Shown: positions 1 to 12,185 of the stretch, piece after piece | How the letters are laid out: every line of letters starts with the position of its first letter | Position numbering within the stretch: position 1 is the first letter of the stretch | Source: Rhodospirillaceae bacterium | GTDB taxonomy: Bacteria; Pseudomonadota; Alphaproteobacteria; SMXQ01 | Assembly (NCBI GenBank): GCA_947474495.1 | Contig: CANJIM010000001.1 | Location: 27,939-91,938 of the forward strand | Length of the DNA stretch: 64,000 nucleotides | Reading direction: 5' to 3' | Position numbers and translations under genes: made by a program | The notes under the pieces: generated by a model | The model's database searches: none | What the model was told of the DNA's origin: nothing | The model's input: the letters and a program-made list of their open reading frames with translations, nothing else

Positions 1-861
1 AGCACGGCGAGGGCCTTGGCGACCTCGCCCTTCATGGTCGATTCGAACAGATCGAAAATGCGCGTGCGGTCGGCGAGGCCGAGCATGTCGCGCACCAGCG
101 CCTCGCCGATCGTCTTGGCCTCGGCGCCGAGACCGTGCGAGATCGCCTGGTCGAGAATGGACAGGCCGTCGCGCGCCGAGCCGTCGGCGGCCCGCGCGAT
201 CAACGCGAGCGCGGCGGGGTCGATGACGACGTTTTCCTTGCCGGCGACGCTGGACAGCAGCTTGGCCAACTCGGCTTCGTCGAAGCGGCGCAGGTCGAAG
301 CGCTGGCAGCGCGACAGCACCGTGACGGGAATCTTGCGCGATTCGGTGGTGGCGAAGATGAACTTCACATGCTCAGGCGGTTCTTCCAGCGTCTTCAACA
401 GGGCGTTGAAGGCGTTGTTCGACAGCATGTGCACTTCGTCGATGATGTAGACCTTGTAGCGCGCCGAGGTCGGGCGGTAACGCACGCCTTCGATCAGCTC
501 GCGCACGTCGTCGACGCCGGTGCGCGACGCGGCGTCCATCTCCATGACATCGACATGGCGGTCTTCGGCGATGGCGATGCAATGCTCGCAGATGCCGCAG
601 GGCTCCGGCGTCGGGCCGCCCTTGCCGTCCGGGCCGATACAATTGAGGGCGCGGGCGATGATGCGGGCGGTCGTCGTCTTGCCGACACCGCGCACGCCGG
701 TCAGCAGCCAGGCATGGGCGAGGCGGCCGGAGCGAATGGCATTGCTCAGGGTGCGGACGAGGGCTTCCTGCCCGACCAACGTCGCGAAGCTGTTGGGCCG
801 GTATTTGCGGGCGAGCACCCGATAGGCGGACCCAGCGTTGGCGGTAACGTCGTCGCTCATG
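1..861 (-). CDS. dnaX: DNA polymerase III subunit gamma/tau, N-terminal part (gene continues beyond window start)
   Basis: Reverse-complement translation from ATG at 859-861 gives MSDDVTANAGSAYRVLARKYRPNSFATLVGQEALVRTL...LLTGVRGVGKTTTARIIARALNC...CGICEHC...IIDEVHMLS...SARDGLS. This matches the AAA+ Walker A, zinc module, DExx box and sensor motifs of DnaX. The listed + ORF 135-1127 is its antisense shadow. Confidence 0.9.
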
Positions 862-910
862 AACCCGGAGATGCTTGGAAGGGCGCGACTGGAAAGCCGC
901 AAGAAACAGG

Positions 911-1009
911 TGGGAGACTGGACAACGACCCGGATCGAATCTCGTTACGGCTGCTTCCTTCCGGACCTGACCGGGTTGGCGAGGAATCCGTCCATCGCCA
1001 GCCTCCCGA
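911..1009 (-). ncRNA. ffs: Signal recognition particle RNA (4.5S, small bacterial type)
   Basis: The minus strand carries the invariant SRP domain IV motif GGUCAGGUCCGGAAGGAAGCAGCC (complement of + 949-972). Terminal helix GGGAGGCUGG pairs with CCAGUCUCCC. Position directly upstream of dnaX is the conserved alphaproteobacterial ffs-dnaX synteny. Ends are +/-5 nt. Confidence 0.85.
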
Positions 1010-1163
1010 GCCGACTATATCAGGAGCGCGCCCGAGAGTCACAAGGCCGGACATTGAAAATCCGCCGGAAATTATCCACATATCCCCGGTGGTTAGGGCA
1101 GGATGCGCGCCGCGCGCGCTGCTATGATCGGCGCGCCCGTCCGCCTCGCTTTTCCCAGGTTCC

Positions 1164-1928
1164 ATGACCGCACAAGCCGCCGCCCCCGACCATGACGACG
1201 ACCCGACGCCGAAGGACGCGCCGCTGCGCAAAATCCTGGCGCTGCGCCATGTCGCCTTCGAGGACCTCGGCGGCTTCGTCGCGCCCTTGATCCTGCGCGG
1301 CTTCGGCATTCGCTATCAGGACGCCGGCTACGATCCGCTCGACCTCAAGGAGACCGACGCGGCCGATCTGCTCGTCGTGCTCGGCGGCCCGATCGGCGCC
1401 AATGACGAGACCGACTATCCCTTCATCAAGGACGAGATCAAAGCCATCGAGCAGCGCCTGAAGGCCGGCAAGCCGGTGCTCGGCCTTTGCCTCGGCGCGC
1501 AACTCATCGCCCGCGCCCTTGGCGCCAAGGTTTACCCCAACAAGGTCAAGGAAATCGGCATCAAGCCGGTGACGCTGACCGATGCGGGCCGCGCCTCGCC
1601 GCTCGCCGCGCTCGACGGCGCGCCGCTACTGCATTGGCATGGCGACACCTTTGATCTGCCGAAAGATGCGCGCCATCTCGCCAGCACTGACGCCTGCGCC
1701 CACCAAGCCTTTGCCTGGGGGCCGAACGATCAGGCCCTCGCCCTGCAATTCCATCCCGAAGGCACGGCGCGCGATCTCGAGCGCTGGTTCGTCGGCCATA
1801 GCGGCGAATTGGCGGCAGAGAAAATCTCAATCCCGGCGCTGCGCGCCGAGGCGGCCCAGCACGACCGCGCCATGCGCCTGGCCGGCGCGAGGATGCTGAT
1901 CGCCTGGCTAAATCAGGTGTACGCATGA
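1164..1928 (+). CDS. Class I glutamine amidotransferase-like protein (GMP synthase / gamma-glutamyl hydrolase-like domain)
   Basis: 254-aa ORF with the GATase1 motif GLCLGAQL (nucleophile Cys) and downstream HPE (catalytic His-Glu), high GC3 coding bias. Confidence 0.75.
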   Translation: MTAQAAAPDHDDDPTPKDAPLRKILALRHVAFEDLGGFVAPLILRGFGIRYQDAGYDPLDLKETDAADLLVVLGGPIGANDETDYPFIKDEIKAIEQRLKAGKPVLGLCLGAQLIARALGAKVYPNKVKEIGIKPVTLTDAGRASPLAALDGAPLLHWHGDTFDLPKDARHLASTDACAHQAFAWGPNDQALALQFHPEGTARDLERWFVGHSGELAAEKISIPALRAEAAQHDRAMRLAGARMLIAWLNQVYA

Positions 1929-1938
1929 GGTTCTTTCA

Positions 1939-2913
1939 GTGATTCGGCCCAATATCTTCGCCGGCGACGAACTCGACCGCGTCGGCGGCGAGCGCAAGGA
2001 CCCCGCCTGGGTCGCGGCACAATTCAAGGCCGGCGACACGCGCGTGCTGCCGCTGTGGCGCAACGCCAATTTCGTCGTCCAGCCGGTCAGCGATTCGGCG
2101 GAAGGCGGCGGCGATCAAGCCCCGACGCTGCTGCTGCTCGACGTCGCCACGGCACGAAAGCTCGCGCCGGACGCCGATATGATCCTGCTTGGCGTCACGC
2201 GCCAGGGCGAGACGCGCTTCGCGCTCGACATCTCGCACCTCGCCGCGCCGCTCGATGACATCGGCATTGCCGAAGCCAAGACCGGCGACCTGCGCGATCT
2301 CGCCTCCGTGCTGCCCCATGCCGAGAGCGCCATGCTGGCCCAGGCCCGCGCGCTCACCCAATGGCATGCCAGTCACAAGTTCTGCGCCAAATGCGGCAGC
2401 CAGACCGAGAGCCGCGAAGGCGGCCATGTGCGTGTCTGCCTGAACGCCGACTGCGCCACCAGCCATTTCCCGCGCACCGATCCCGCCGTCATCATGTTGG
2501 TGACCAATGGCGATCGTTGCCTGCTGGCGCACCGCGCCGGCAACGCCCAGCCGATGTATTCGACGCTCGCCGGCTTCGTCGAGCCGGCCGAAAGCCTGGA
2601 AGAAGCCGTCGCCCGCGAAGTGCTGGAAGAAGTCGGCCTGCGCGTGCATGACGTGCGCTATCAGTCATCGCAGCCCTGGCCCTTCCCGGCCCAGCTGATG
2701 CTGGGCTTTCGCGCCGAAACCAAGGACGAGAGCTTCCGCCTGCAGGAAGACGAGATTTCCGACGCGCGCTGGTTCACGCGCGATGAGCTGCGGCGCGTGC
2801 TGGCGGCGGAAGAAACCGGCGAGCCGGTGCTGTTCGATGGCGCGGAAGTGCGCATGGCGCGGTCGATTTCCATCGCCCGCCGCCTCGTCGTCGAGTGGAT
2901 CGACGAGGGCTAA
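1939..2913 (+). CDS. nudC: NAD+ diphosphatase (NADH pyrophosphatase), Nudix family with zinc ribbon
   Basis: 324 aa. Cys4 zinc ribbon CAKCGSQ...CLNADC, followed by the Nudix box GFVEPAESLEEAVAREVLEEVG. Confidence 0.8.
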   Translation: MIRPNIFAGDELDRVGGERKDPAWVAAQFKAGDTRVLPLWRNANFVVQPVSDSAEGGGDQAPTLLLLDVATARKLAPDADMILLGVTRQGETRFALDISHLAAPLDDIGIAEAKTGDLRDLASVLPHAESAMLAQARALTQWHASHKFCAKCGSQTESREGGHVRVCLNADCATSHFPRTDPAVIMLVTNGDRCLLAHRAGNAQPMYSTLAGFVEPAESLEEAVAREVLEEVGLRVHDVRYQSSQPWPFPAQLMLGFRAETKDESFRLQEDEISDARWFTRDELRRVLAAEETGEPVLFDGAEVRMARSISIARRLVVEWIDEG

Positions 2914-2916
2914 ACG

Positions 2917-3822
2917 CTATTTTCGCTTTGTCGCGGCCCGCGCTTTGTAACGGAAGCTGTGGGCCGGATAGACGCCCATGATGCGCAACTCGTCCGAGAA
3001 GAAGCGCAACTCGTCGAGCGCCAGCTTCACCGCAGGATCGGCCGGATGGCCTTCGACATCGGCGTAGAACATGCTGACGTCGAAACTGCCGGCGCGGATA
3101 TAGCTTTCCAGCTTGGTCATGTTGACGCCGTTGGTGGCGAAGCCGCCCATCGCCTTGTAGAGCGCGGCGGGAATGTTGCGCACCTGGAACAGCAGCGACG
3201 TCATCACCGGACCGTTCTTCAGACCCGGATCGACCGGATCGCGCGACAGGATGATGAAGCGCGTGGTGTTGTGCGCGGCATCTTCGATGTTGGTTTTGAG
3301 AATCTTCAGGCCGTAGATCTTCGCCGCCAATGTCGAGGCGATGGCCGCTTCGGTCGGATCGCCCCGTTCGGCCAATTCCGCCGCCGAGCCTGCCGTGTCG
3401 GCATGGACGATAGCCTTCAGGCCCATCTTGCGGATGAACTTGCGGCATTGCGACAACGCATGAATGTGGCTGCGCACGATCTTGATGCTACCCAGCGTCG
3501 CCCCGGCGGGCGCCAGCAGGCAATGCTCGACGCGCTGGAAATGCTCGCCGACGATATGCAGCTTGGTGGCATGCGGGATGAGCTGATGAATGTCGGCGAC
3601 GCGCCCGGCGACCGAATTCTCGATCGGGATCATGGCGTACTTCACGCGGCCCTTCTCCAAGGCGGCGAAGGTCTCCTCGAAGGTTTCCGTCGGCAGCGTG
3701 GCGAGCTTGGGGAACAGCTCGCGGCAGGCGAGGTCCGAGTAAGCGCCCGGCAGGCCCTGGAAGGCGATGCTGGCCTTAGGGTCGACTCGCTTGGTGATGC
3801 GCTTAATCTTGCTCTGGGCCAT
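2917..3822 (-). CDS. pheA: Prephenate dehydratase
   Basis: 301 aa, IAFQGLPGAYSDLA...ESRP-like PDT domain and C-terminal ACT domain (TRFIILSRD). Classic PDT signature. Confidence 0.85.
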   Translation of the reverse strand: MAQSKIKRITKRVDPKASIAFQGLPGAYSDLACRELFPKLATLPTETFEETFAALEKGRVKYAMIPIENSVAGRVADIHQLIPHATKLHIVGEHFQRVEHCLLAPAGATLGSIKIVRSHIHALSQCRKFIRKMGLKAIVHADTAGSAAELAERGDPTEAAIASTLAAKIYGLKILKTNIEDAAHNTTRFIILSRDPVDPGLKNGPVMTSLLFQVRNIPAALYKAMGGFATNGVNMTKLESYIRAGSFDVSMFYADVEGHPADPAVKLALDELRFFSDELRIMGVYPAHSFRYKARAATKRK

Positions 3823-3828
3823 GATCGG

Positions 3829-4617
3829 TTACGCCAATAATTTCCGGGCTTTTTCGAGGTCGGCCGGAGTATCGACGCCGAGCGGAACGGTGTCAACGAA
3901 GGCCACCTCGATACGCATGCCGGCTTCCAGCGCGCGCAGTTGCTCGAGCTTCTCGCGTTTTTCCAGCGCAGACGGCGGCAGAGCGACGAAACGCTCCAGC
4001 GCGTCGCGCCGATAGGCGTAGAGCCCGATGTGGTGATAGAGCGGGCCGTCGCCATGGGGCGCGGTGGCGCGGGTGAAGTAAAGCGCCCGTCCTCCAGTAG
4101 AAGCGCCGCCGTTGCCCGATGCATTGGGGCTGACGACAGCTTTCACCACATTGGGATCGGTCTTTTCCGCCGGCTCCTTGATGGCGCAGGCCAGCGTCGA
4201 GAGATCGACGGCAGGGTCGGCCAGCAGTTCGAAGGCGGCGCGCGGCAAGGCCGGGTCGAGCGTCGGCAGGTCGCCCTGCAGATTGACGATGGAATCGTAC
4301 TTGCCGGCCGGGTCGAGCTTTTGCAGCGCCTCGAAGATGCGGTCGGAGCCGGAGGGATGGTCCGGGTCGGTCATCACCGCCTCGCCGCCAGCCGCCTTCA
4401 CGGCGTCGAAAATCGCCGCATCGCCGCAAGCGACCACCACGGGCCCCAATTTGGCCTCCATGGCGCGGCGCCACACCTGCACGATCATCGGGAGACCGTG
4501 GAGCTCCGCCAGGGGCTTGTTCGGCAGGCGCGTCGAGGCCAGGCGCGACGGAATCAGCACCAGGGGCGATTTGGGCGCGCGGCGCGCCGAGGCAGGGGAA
4601 GAAGCGTCTGACAACAT
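3829..4617 (-). CDS. kdsB: 3-deoxy-manno-octulosonate cytidylyltransferase (CMP-KDO synthetase)
   Basis: 262 aa, [27 protein letters not shown]...SGSDRI...NLQGDLP motifs of KdsB. 6-nt gap to pheA, same strand. Confidence 0.9.
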   Translation of the reverse strand: MLSDASSPASARRAPKSPLVLIPSRLASTRLPNKPLAELHGLPMIVQVWRRAMEAKLGPVVVACGDAAIFDAVKAAGGEAVMTDPDHPSGSDRIFEALQKLDPAGKYDSIVNLQGDLPTLDPALPRAAFELLADPAVDLSTLACAIKEPAEKTDPNVVKAVVSPNASGNGGASTGGRALYFTRATAPHGDGPLYHHIGLYAYRRDALERFVALPPSALEKREKLEQLRALEAGMRIEVAFVDTVPLGVDTPADLEKARKLLA

Positions 4618-4881
4618 GGGGTTTTTTGTAGATTATTCTTGAGAATATGTCGCAGTGCACAGTTTAACCCGCCGCCTCGGCGGGCGGAACGGCGTTCTTT
4701 GCGGGCCGAACCAGCAAGTCCTTGGCAAAGCGGCCATTTCCATCGCCCGGAAAGCGCCATACGGGCCGTCCAAAGGGTTGAACCGCCGCGCCTTCGGGAC
4801 TAATCTCCGCCCCGCTCGGACTTGGGTTTCCCAGGTCCAAGCGCGTTTCGTCACCCCGACGCATTCTCCGGAGCTTTCTGC

Positions 4882-5424
4882 ATGTCCTCGTTCGAGTGGA
4901 ACAAGATTATCGGCGCCGTCCTGGTCGCTCTGCTGGCGATCAAGACTTTCGACATCGTCGGTAACGCCGCGGTCAGCCCGCACAAGCTCGAACAGAACGT
5001 CTATATCGTCGCCGGCGTCGAAGCAGCCACGCCGACCGCCAGCGCGGCTGCCGCGCCGAAGGAGATCGAGCCCATCGGCCCGCTGCTCGCCAGCGCCGAC
5101 GTCGAAGCCGGCAAGAAGGCCGCCGCCAAGTGCGCGACCTGCCACAGCTTCGACAAGGGCGGCGCCAACAAGGTCGGCCCGAACCTGTGGAACATCGTGG
5201 GCAACAAGCATGCGCACGCGCAGGGCTTCGCCTATTCCAGCGCCATGCAGGGCAAGGCAGCCGATGCCTGGGATTACGACGAGATCAACCATTTCATCGC
5301 CAGCCCGCGCACCTACCTGCCCGGCACCAAGATGTCCTTCGCCGGCGTGACCAAGGCCAGCGAGCGCGCCGACATCATCGCCTACCTGCGCTCGTTGAGC
5401 GACAGCCCGGCGGCCCTACCCTGA
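4882..5424 (+). CDS. Membrane-anchored cytochrome c (CycM-like), single haem CxxCH
   Basis: MSSFEWNKIIGAVLVALLAI N-terminal anchor, CATCH haem-binding site, GPNLWNIVG and downstream Met ligand region. Start chosen at 4882 rather than the ORF-track 4822. Confidence 0.8.
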   Translation: MSSFEWNKIIGAVLVALLAIKTFDIVGNAAVSPHKLEQNVYIVAGVEAATPTASAAAAPKEIEPIGPLLASADVEAGKKAAAKCATCHSFDKGGANKVGPNLWNIVGNKHAHAQGFAYSSAMQGKAADAWDYDEINHFIASPRTYLPGTKMSFAGVTKASERADIIAYLRSLSDSPAALP

Positions 5425-5453
5425 GTATTTGGGCCCTGAGTATTTGGGCCCTG
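5418..5453. repeat. Tandem direct repeat, 15-bp unit ccctgagtatttggg x2.4, overlapping the cytochrome c stop codon
   Basis: Read directly: ccctgagtatttggg ccctgagtatttggg ccctga. Confidence 0.9.
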
Positions 5454-5473
5454 ATTAGCCAGGGCGCAACAGC

Positions 5474-6253
5474 ATGAGCAGCGCTCTCGCTCCCTTCGTC
5501 GCCCTCGCCAACGATCTTGCCGAGCAGAGCGGCGCGATTTTGCGCCGCTACTTCCGCCAGCCCATTTCGGTCGACGACAAGTCCGACGCCAGCCCGGTCA
5601 CGATCGCCGACCGCGAGGTCGAGCAGGCCCTACGCGAGCTGATCACCAAAGCCTTCCCCGACCATGGCATTCTCGGCGAGGAGTTCGGTTCGCATAAAAC
5701 CGACGCCGAGTACGTCTGGGTGCTCGATCCGATCGACGGCACCAAATCCTTCATCACCGGCAAGGCGACGTTCGGCACGCTGATCGCGCTGTGTCACAAG
5801 GGCGCACCGGTCGTCGGCGTCATCGATCAGCCGATCATCAAAGAGCGCTGGATCGGTGTTGAGGGCCGGCCGACGACCTTCAACGGCTCAGTGGTCAAAA
5901 CCCGCGCCGGCGTGAAGATCGCCGACGCGCTGCTCTACGCCACCACGCCGCAGATGTTCCAAGACGGCGACCTTGCCGATTTCGCTCGGCTGACCGCCCA
6001 TGTGAAATATCCGCTCTACGGCGCCGATTGCTACGCCTACGGCCTGCTCGCCTCGGGCTTCACCGATCTGGTCTGCGAAGCCTCGCTCAAGCCCTACGAC
6101 TATTGCGCCCTGGTTCCCGTGGTGACCGGCGCCGGCGGCAAGATCACCGATTGGCAGGACAAGCCGCTGACCATCGCCTCCGGCCCGCGCGTGCTGGCGG
6201 CCGGCGACGCCGCCCTGCACGCCCAGGCGCTCGCCGTCCTCGCAGGGCATTAA
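5474..6253 (+). CDS. hisN: Inositol-monophosphatase family protein, probable histidinol-phosphatase
   Basis: 259 aa, IMPase motifs DPIDGT and WVLDPIDGTKSF, plus C-terminal GG..D metal site. In alphaproteobacteria this short IMPase-family member is HisN. Confidence 0.7.
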   Translation: MSSALAPFVALANDLAEQSGAILRRYFRQPISVDDKSDASPVTIADREVEQALRELITKAFPDHGILGEEFGSHKTDAEYVWVLDPIDGTKSFITGKATFGTLIALCHKGAPVVGVIDQPIIKERWIGVEGRPTTFNGSVVKTRAGVKIADALLYATTPQMFQDGDLADFARLTAHVKYPLYGADCYAYGLLASGFTDLVCEASLKPYDYCALVPVVTGAGGKITDWQDKPLTIASGPRVLAAGDAALHAQALAVLAGH

Positions 6254-6328
6254 GCTTCCCGCCTTCCTCACCGTAACTTCATTCTTTCCCGGCTTGCGAG
6301 TCGCCGGGGCGGGCGTCACACTCTGCGT

Positions 6329-8350
6329 GTGACCGCCGCATCGCATCTTTCCCGCAGTTTCCGGATTGCCCTCGCGACGTCTTTGACGGCGGCGGGACTG
6401 TTCGCCATGTCCGCCTGGATCCATGGCGTCAGCGCGCAAGACAATGTATCGCGCAGCCATGGCATCGCCATGCATGGCGACCTGAAATATCCGCCCGGCT
6501 TCAGCCATTTCGATTACGTCAATCCGGCCGCGACCAAGGGCGGCACGGTGCGCTATTCGGCGCTCGGCACGTTCGACAGTCTCAATCCGTTCGTGCTGCG
6601 CAGCGTTGCCGCGGCGAATGCAGCTGAAATCTACGACACGCTGCTGGTGCCATCGGCCGATGAAGCTTTTTCTGAATACGGTCTGCTCGCTGAAAGCGTC
6701 GAGATGCCGCTGGACCGGTCATGGGTCCTGTTCAACCTGCGCCCCGACGCGCGCTGGCACGACGGCCAGCCGCTCACGGCCGACGATGTCGTCTTCACCT
6801 TCGAGACGATCAAGGCCAAGGGCCATCCGCAGCTGCGCTATTATTACGCTGCCGTCGACAAAGTGACGGCGGAAGCGCCCCACCGCGTACGCTTCACCTT
6901 CAAGCCGGGCGACAACCGCGAACTGCCGCTGATCGTCGGCCAGCAGGCGATCCTGCCGAAACATTATTGGCAAGGCCGCGACTTCGAACGCGCCACCCTC
7001 GAGCCACCGCTCGGCAGCGGCCCCTATCGCTTCGACAGCATCGAGGCCGGACGCACCGTCTCTTATCGCCGCGTGCCCGACTATTGGGGCAAGGACCTCC
7101 CCGTCAATGTCGGCCGCAATAATTTCGACGTGATGCGATACGACTATTACCGCGACGGCAACGTGGCGCTCGAAGCCTTCAAGGCCGGCCAATATGACTA
7201 TCGCCTGGAAAACTCCGCCAAAAATTGGGCGACCGGCTACGACTTCCCGGCGCTGCGCCAGGGCCTGGTGACAAAGGAAGTGCTGCCCAACCAGCGCTCG
7301 ACCGGCATGCAGGCCTTCGTCTACAACACGCGGCGCCCGCTCTTCGCCGATCCCAAGGTGCGCCAGGCCCTCGCCTACGCCTGGGATTTCGAATGGACCA
7401 ACGCACGCATCTTCTTCGGCGCTTATTCGCGCACCGAAAGCTATTTTTCCAATTCCGAACTGGCTGCGACCGGTTTGCCGCAAGGTGACGAGCTGGCCGT
7501 GCTCGAACCCTTCCGCGCTCAACTGCCGCCCGAAGTGTTCGAGAAAACCTACCAGGCGCCACGCACTGACGGCAGCGGCAACGCGCGCGACAATCTGCTG
7601 ATCGCGCTGCGCATGCTGCAGGAAGCCGGCTGGCGCGTGCGCCCCTCGGATGGCGTGATGCTCGACACACAAGGCAATCCGGTCAGCTTCGAGATCTTGC
7701 TGATCCAGCCGGAATTCGAACGCATCGTCGGGCCCTTCGCCGGCAATCTCAAACGCCTCGGTATCGAAGCGCGCATCCGCACCGTTGATACCGCGCAGTA
7801 CCAGAACCGTCTCGACGGTCGCGACTTCGACATGATCGTGTCGGGCTGGGGCCAATCGCTGTCTCCCGGCAACGAACAGTCGAGCTTCTGGACGAGCGAG
7901 GCCGCCGATATGCAAGGCAGCCGCAACCTCGCCGGCATCAAGAACCCAGTGGTCGATGCCATCGTCGAACAGATCGTCGCCGCCCCCGACCGCGCCAGCC
8001 TCATTGCCCGCACCAAAGCGCTCGACCGGGTGCTGTTGTGGGGCCATTACGTGATCCCGCAATATCACGCCAAGGGCGACCGCGTGGCCTATTGGAGTAA
8101 ATTCTCGCGCCCCGAGATCACGCCGACCCAGGGCGTGCAAGTCGATGCCTGGTGGATCGACCCCAACCGCGACCGCGCCATCGCCAGCGCCAAGGACGCG
8201 GCCACGGCCGAGTTGAAAGCCGAACAGGCACAGAAGGCCGAGACGCAGCGCAGCGGCCATGCCGGCTATTGGCTGATCGGCGGTCTTGCCGCCCTGCTGC
8301 TGGTCGGCGCAATCTTACGCGTCGCGCGCAAGCGCCGGGGAACAAGCTGA
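6329..8350 (+). CDS. yejA: ABC transporter periplasmic substrate-binding protein, SBP family 5 (YejA-like, peptide/microcin C uptake)
   Basis: 673 aa, signal peptide ([27 protein letters not shown]) if the GTG at 6329 is used, long SBP_bac_5 body, first gene of a yejABEF-type operon. A C-terminal TM/anchor-like tail is present. Confidence 0.8.
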   Translation: MTAASHLSRSFRIALATSLTAAGLFAMSAWIHGVSAQDNVSRSHGIAMHGDLKYPPGFSHFDYVNPAATKGGTVRYSALGTFDSLNPFVLRSVAAANAAEIYDTLLVPSADEAFSEYGLLAESVEMPLDRSWVLFNLRPDARWHDGQPLTADDVVFTFETIKAKGHPQLRYYYAAVDKVTAEAPHRVRFTFKPGDNRELPLIVGQQAILPKHYWQGRDFERATLEPPLGSGPYRFDSIEAGRTVSYRRVPDYWGKDLPVNVGRNNFDVMRYDYYRDGNVALEAFKAGQYDYRLENSAKNWATGYDFPALRQGLVTKEVLPNQRSTGMQAFVYNTRRPLFADPKVRQALAYAWDFEWTNARIFFGAYSRTESYFSNSELAATGLPQGDELAVLEPFRAQLPPEVFEKTYQAPRTDGSGNARDNLLIALRMLQEAGWRVRPSDGVMLDTQGNPVSFEILLIQPEFERIVGPFAGNLKRLGIEARIRTVDTAQYQNRLDGRDFDMIVSGWGQSLSPGNEQSSFWTSEAADMQGSRNLAGIKNPVVDAIVEQIVAAPDRASLIARTKALDRVLLWGHYVIPQYHAKGDRVAYWSKFSRPEITPTQGVQVDAWWIDPNRDRAIASAKDAATAELKAEQAQKAETQRSGHAGYWLIGGLAALLLVGAILRVARKRRGTS

Positions 8351-9426
8351 TGCTGGCCTATGTCATCCGCCGCTTGCTGCTGATCATTCCGACGCTATTC
8401 GGCATCATGCTGATCAATTTCGCGATCGTGCAATTCGCGCCCGGCGGTCCGGTCGAGCAAATGGTCGCCCAGGTGCGCGGCACGGCCGTCGACGCCACCT
8501 CGCGCGTCGCCGGCGGCGCCGGCGATTCGGCGCAAGGCGGCAGCACCCGCTACCGCGGCGCGCAAGGGCTAGATCCCAAGCTGGTCGCCGAGATCGAGCA
8601 GCTCTATGGCTTCGACAAGCCGGCCCATGAACGCTTCTGGCTCATGCTCAAGCAATATGTGCGCTTCGACTTCGGCCGCAGTTTCTTTCGCGACCGCTCG
8701 GTGATCGAGTTGGTGCTGGAAAAGATGCCGGTCTCCATCTCGCTCGGCCTGTGGACGACGCTGCTGATCTATCTCATCTCGATCCCGCTCGGCATCGCCA
8801 AGGCGGTGCGCGACGGCAGCGGGTTCGACATCTGGACCAGCGCCGTGGTCATCATCGGCAACGCCATTCCATCGTTCCTATTCGCCATCCTGCTGGTCGT
8901 GCTCTTCGCCGGCGGCAGCTATTGGGGCTGGTTCCCCTTGCGCGGGCTGACCTCGACCGGCTGGGAGGCCATGACCTGGCCCGCCAAGATAGGCGACTAT
9001 TTCTGTCATCTCGCCCTGCCGCTCACCGCTTTGGTCATCGGCAGCTTCGCCAGCCTGACCATGCTGACGAAGAACTCCTTTCTTGAGGAGATCAATAAGC
9101 AATATGTGTTGACCGCGCGCGCCAAGGGACTCAGCGAAAAGCGCGTGCTTTACGGCCATATTTTCCGCAACGCCATGCTGATCGTCGTCGCCGGTTTTCC
9201 CTCTGCCCTGCTCGGCATTCTCTTCACCGGCGCACTGCTGATCGAGATCATCTTCTCGCTCGATGGCCTCGGGCTGCTCGGCTACGAATCGGTGCTTAAC
9301 CGCGACTATCCCGTGGTGTTCGGCACGCTGTTCTTTTTCAGCATGATCGGCCTGCTCTTCGGGCTGATCCGCGACGTGACCTATATGCTGGTCGATCCGC
9401 GCATCGACTTCGAGGCGCGGGGCTGA
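8350..9426 (+). CDS. yejB: ABC transporter permease (YejB-like)
   Basis: Starts [26 protein letters not shown] (BPD_transp_1 N-terminus), EAA-like loop present. ATG at 8350 overlaps the yejA stop (ATGA). Confidence 0.85.
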   Translation: MLAYVIRRLLLIIPTLFGIMLINFAIVQFAPGGPVEQMVAQVRGTAVDATSRVAGGAGDSAQGGSTRYRGAQGLDPKLVAEIEQLYGFDKPAHERFWLMLKQYVRFDFGRSFFRDRSVIELVLEKMPVSISLGLWTTLLIYLISIPLGIAKAVRDGSGFDIWTSAVVIIGNAIPSFLFAILLVVLFAGGSYWGWFPLRGLTSTGWEAMTWPAKIGDYFCHLALPLTALVIGSFASLTMLTKNSFLEEINKQYVLTARAKGLSEKRVLYGHIFRNAMLIVVAGFPSALLGILFTGALLIEIIFSLDGLGLLGYESVLNRDYPVVFGTLFFFSMIGLLFGLIRDVTYMLVDPRIDFEARG

Positions 9427-9428
9427 CC

Positions 9429-10508
9429 ATGAGCGATCTCACGATCTCCACACCGCCCCCGCAAGACCGCCTGTTCGGCTTGCTCGCCATCACGCCGCTG
9501 ACCCGCCGCCGCATCGAAAATTTCCGCGCCAACAAGCGCGGCTTCTGGTCGCTGTGGATTTTTTTGACGCTGTTCGTGCTCAGCCTGTTCGCCGAATTTC
9601 TCGCCAATGACAAGCCGATCCTGGTGAAGTATGAGGGCGCCTATTACATGCCGATCTTCAGCTTCTATCCGGAGACGGCGTTCGGCGGCCAATTCCCGAC
9701 CGAGGCCAACTTCACCGATCCCTGGCTGCGCGAGCGCATCGCCACCCAAGGCTGGATGATCCAACCGCCGGTGCCTTACACTTATCGCACGATCAACTAT
9801 CGCCTCGACGTGCCGGCGCCGGCGCCGCCGTCGGCTGCCAACTGGCTCGGCACCGACGATCAGGGGCGCGACTTGCTCGCCCGCCTGATCTACGGTTTCC
9901 GTATCTCGGTGCTGTTCGGTCTGGCGCTGACCCTCGTCAGCTCCGTCATCGGCATCGCCGCCGGCGCGGTCCAGGGCTATTTCGGCGGCCGCGTCGATCT
10001 CTATGCCCAACGCTTCATCGAAGTGTGGTCGGGCCTGCCGGAGCTCTACATCCTGCTGATCATCACCAGCTTGCTGGTGCCGGGCTTCTGGACTCTGCTC
10101 GCTGTACTCCTCCTGTTCAGTTGGACGTCGCTCGTCGCCGTGGTGCGCGCCGAATTCCTGCGCGGACGCAATTTCGCCTATGTCAGAGCGGCTCGCGCCT
10201 TGGGGGTCGGCGATGGCATGATCATGTGGCGCCATATCCTGCCCAATGCCATGGTCGCGACACTGACCTTCATGCCCTTCATCCTCAACGGCTCGATCAC
10301 CTCACTGACGGCGCTCGACTTCCTCGGTCTCGGCCTGCCACCCGGCTCGCCGTCGCTCGGCGAAGTGCTCAACCAGGGCAAAGACAACCTGCAAGCGCCC
10401 TGGCTCGGCATCTCCGGCTTCGTCGTCATCGCCGCGATGCTCAGCCTGCTGATCTTCATCGGCGAAGCGGTGCGCGACGCTTTCGATCCACGCAAGAGCC
10501 TGCGGTAA
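9429..10508 (+). CDS. yejE: ABC transporter permease (YejE-like)
   Basis: 359 aa polytopic protein with permease signature, 2 nt after yejB. Confidence 0.85.
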   Translation: MSDLTISTPPPQDRLFGLLAITPLTRRRIENFRANKRGFWSLWIFLTLFVLSLFAEFLANDKPILVKYEGAYYMPIFSFYPETAFGGQFPTEANFTDPWLRERIATQGWMIQPPVPYTYRTINYRLDVPAPAPPSAANWLGTDDQGRDLLARLIYGFRISVLFGLALTLVSSVIGIAAGAVQGYFGGRVDLYAQRFIEVWSGLPELYILLIITSLLVPGFWTLLAVLLLFSWTSLVAVVRAEFLRGRNFAYVRAARALGVGDGMIMWRHILPNAMVATLTFMPFILNGSITSLTALDFLGLGLPPGSPSLGEVLNQGKDNLQAPWLGISGFVVIAAMLSLLIFIGEAVRDAFDPRKSLR

Positions 10509-10513
10509 GGGAC

Positions 10514-12184
<1,671 letters not shown>

Positions 12185-12185
12185 C

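Noticed and set aside
135-1127. 330-aa + strand ORF (Gly/Ala/Arg-rich)
   Set aside because: Exact antisense of the dnaX coding region and ffs. Composition typical of reverse-frame ORFs in high-GC DNA.
2959-3840. 293-aa + strand ORF
   Set aside because: Antisense shadow of pheA. No motifs.
3893-4660. 255-aa - strand ORF and 3940-4611 + ORF
   Set aside because: Alternative frame and antisense of kdsB. Arg-rich nonsense translation.
4633-5350. Overlapping 219-aa (-) and 231-aa (+) ORFs around the cytochrome c gene
   Set aside because: Out-of-frame or antisense to a gene with clear CxxCH and anchor motifs. Pro/Arg/Ser-rich low-complexity products.
6719-8260. 513-aa - strand ORF
   Set aside because: Antisense of yejA, the binding-protein gene with a convincing signal peptide and family-5 body.
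9381-10235. 284-aa - strand ORF
   Set aside because: Antisense of yejE.
10025-10513. Long N-terminal extension of the yejF ORF (start at 10025)
   Set aside because: The extension overlaps the yejE 3' end out of frame and is Arg/Pro-rich. A clean start MTDRPDAPLL at 10514 sits 5 nt after the yejE stop.
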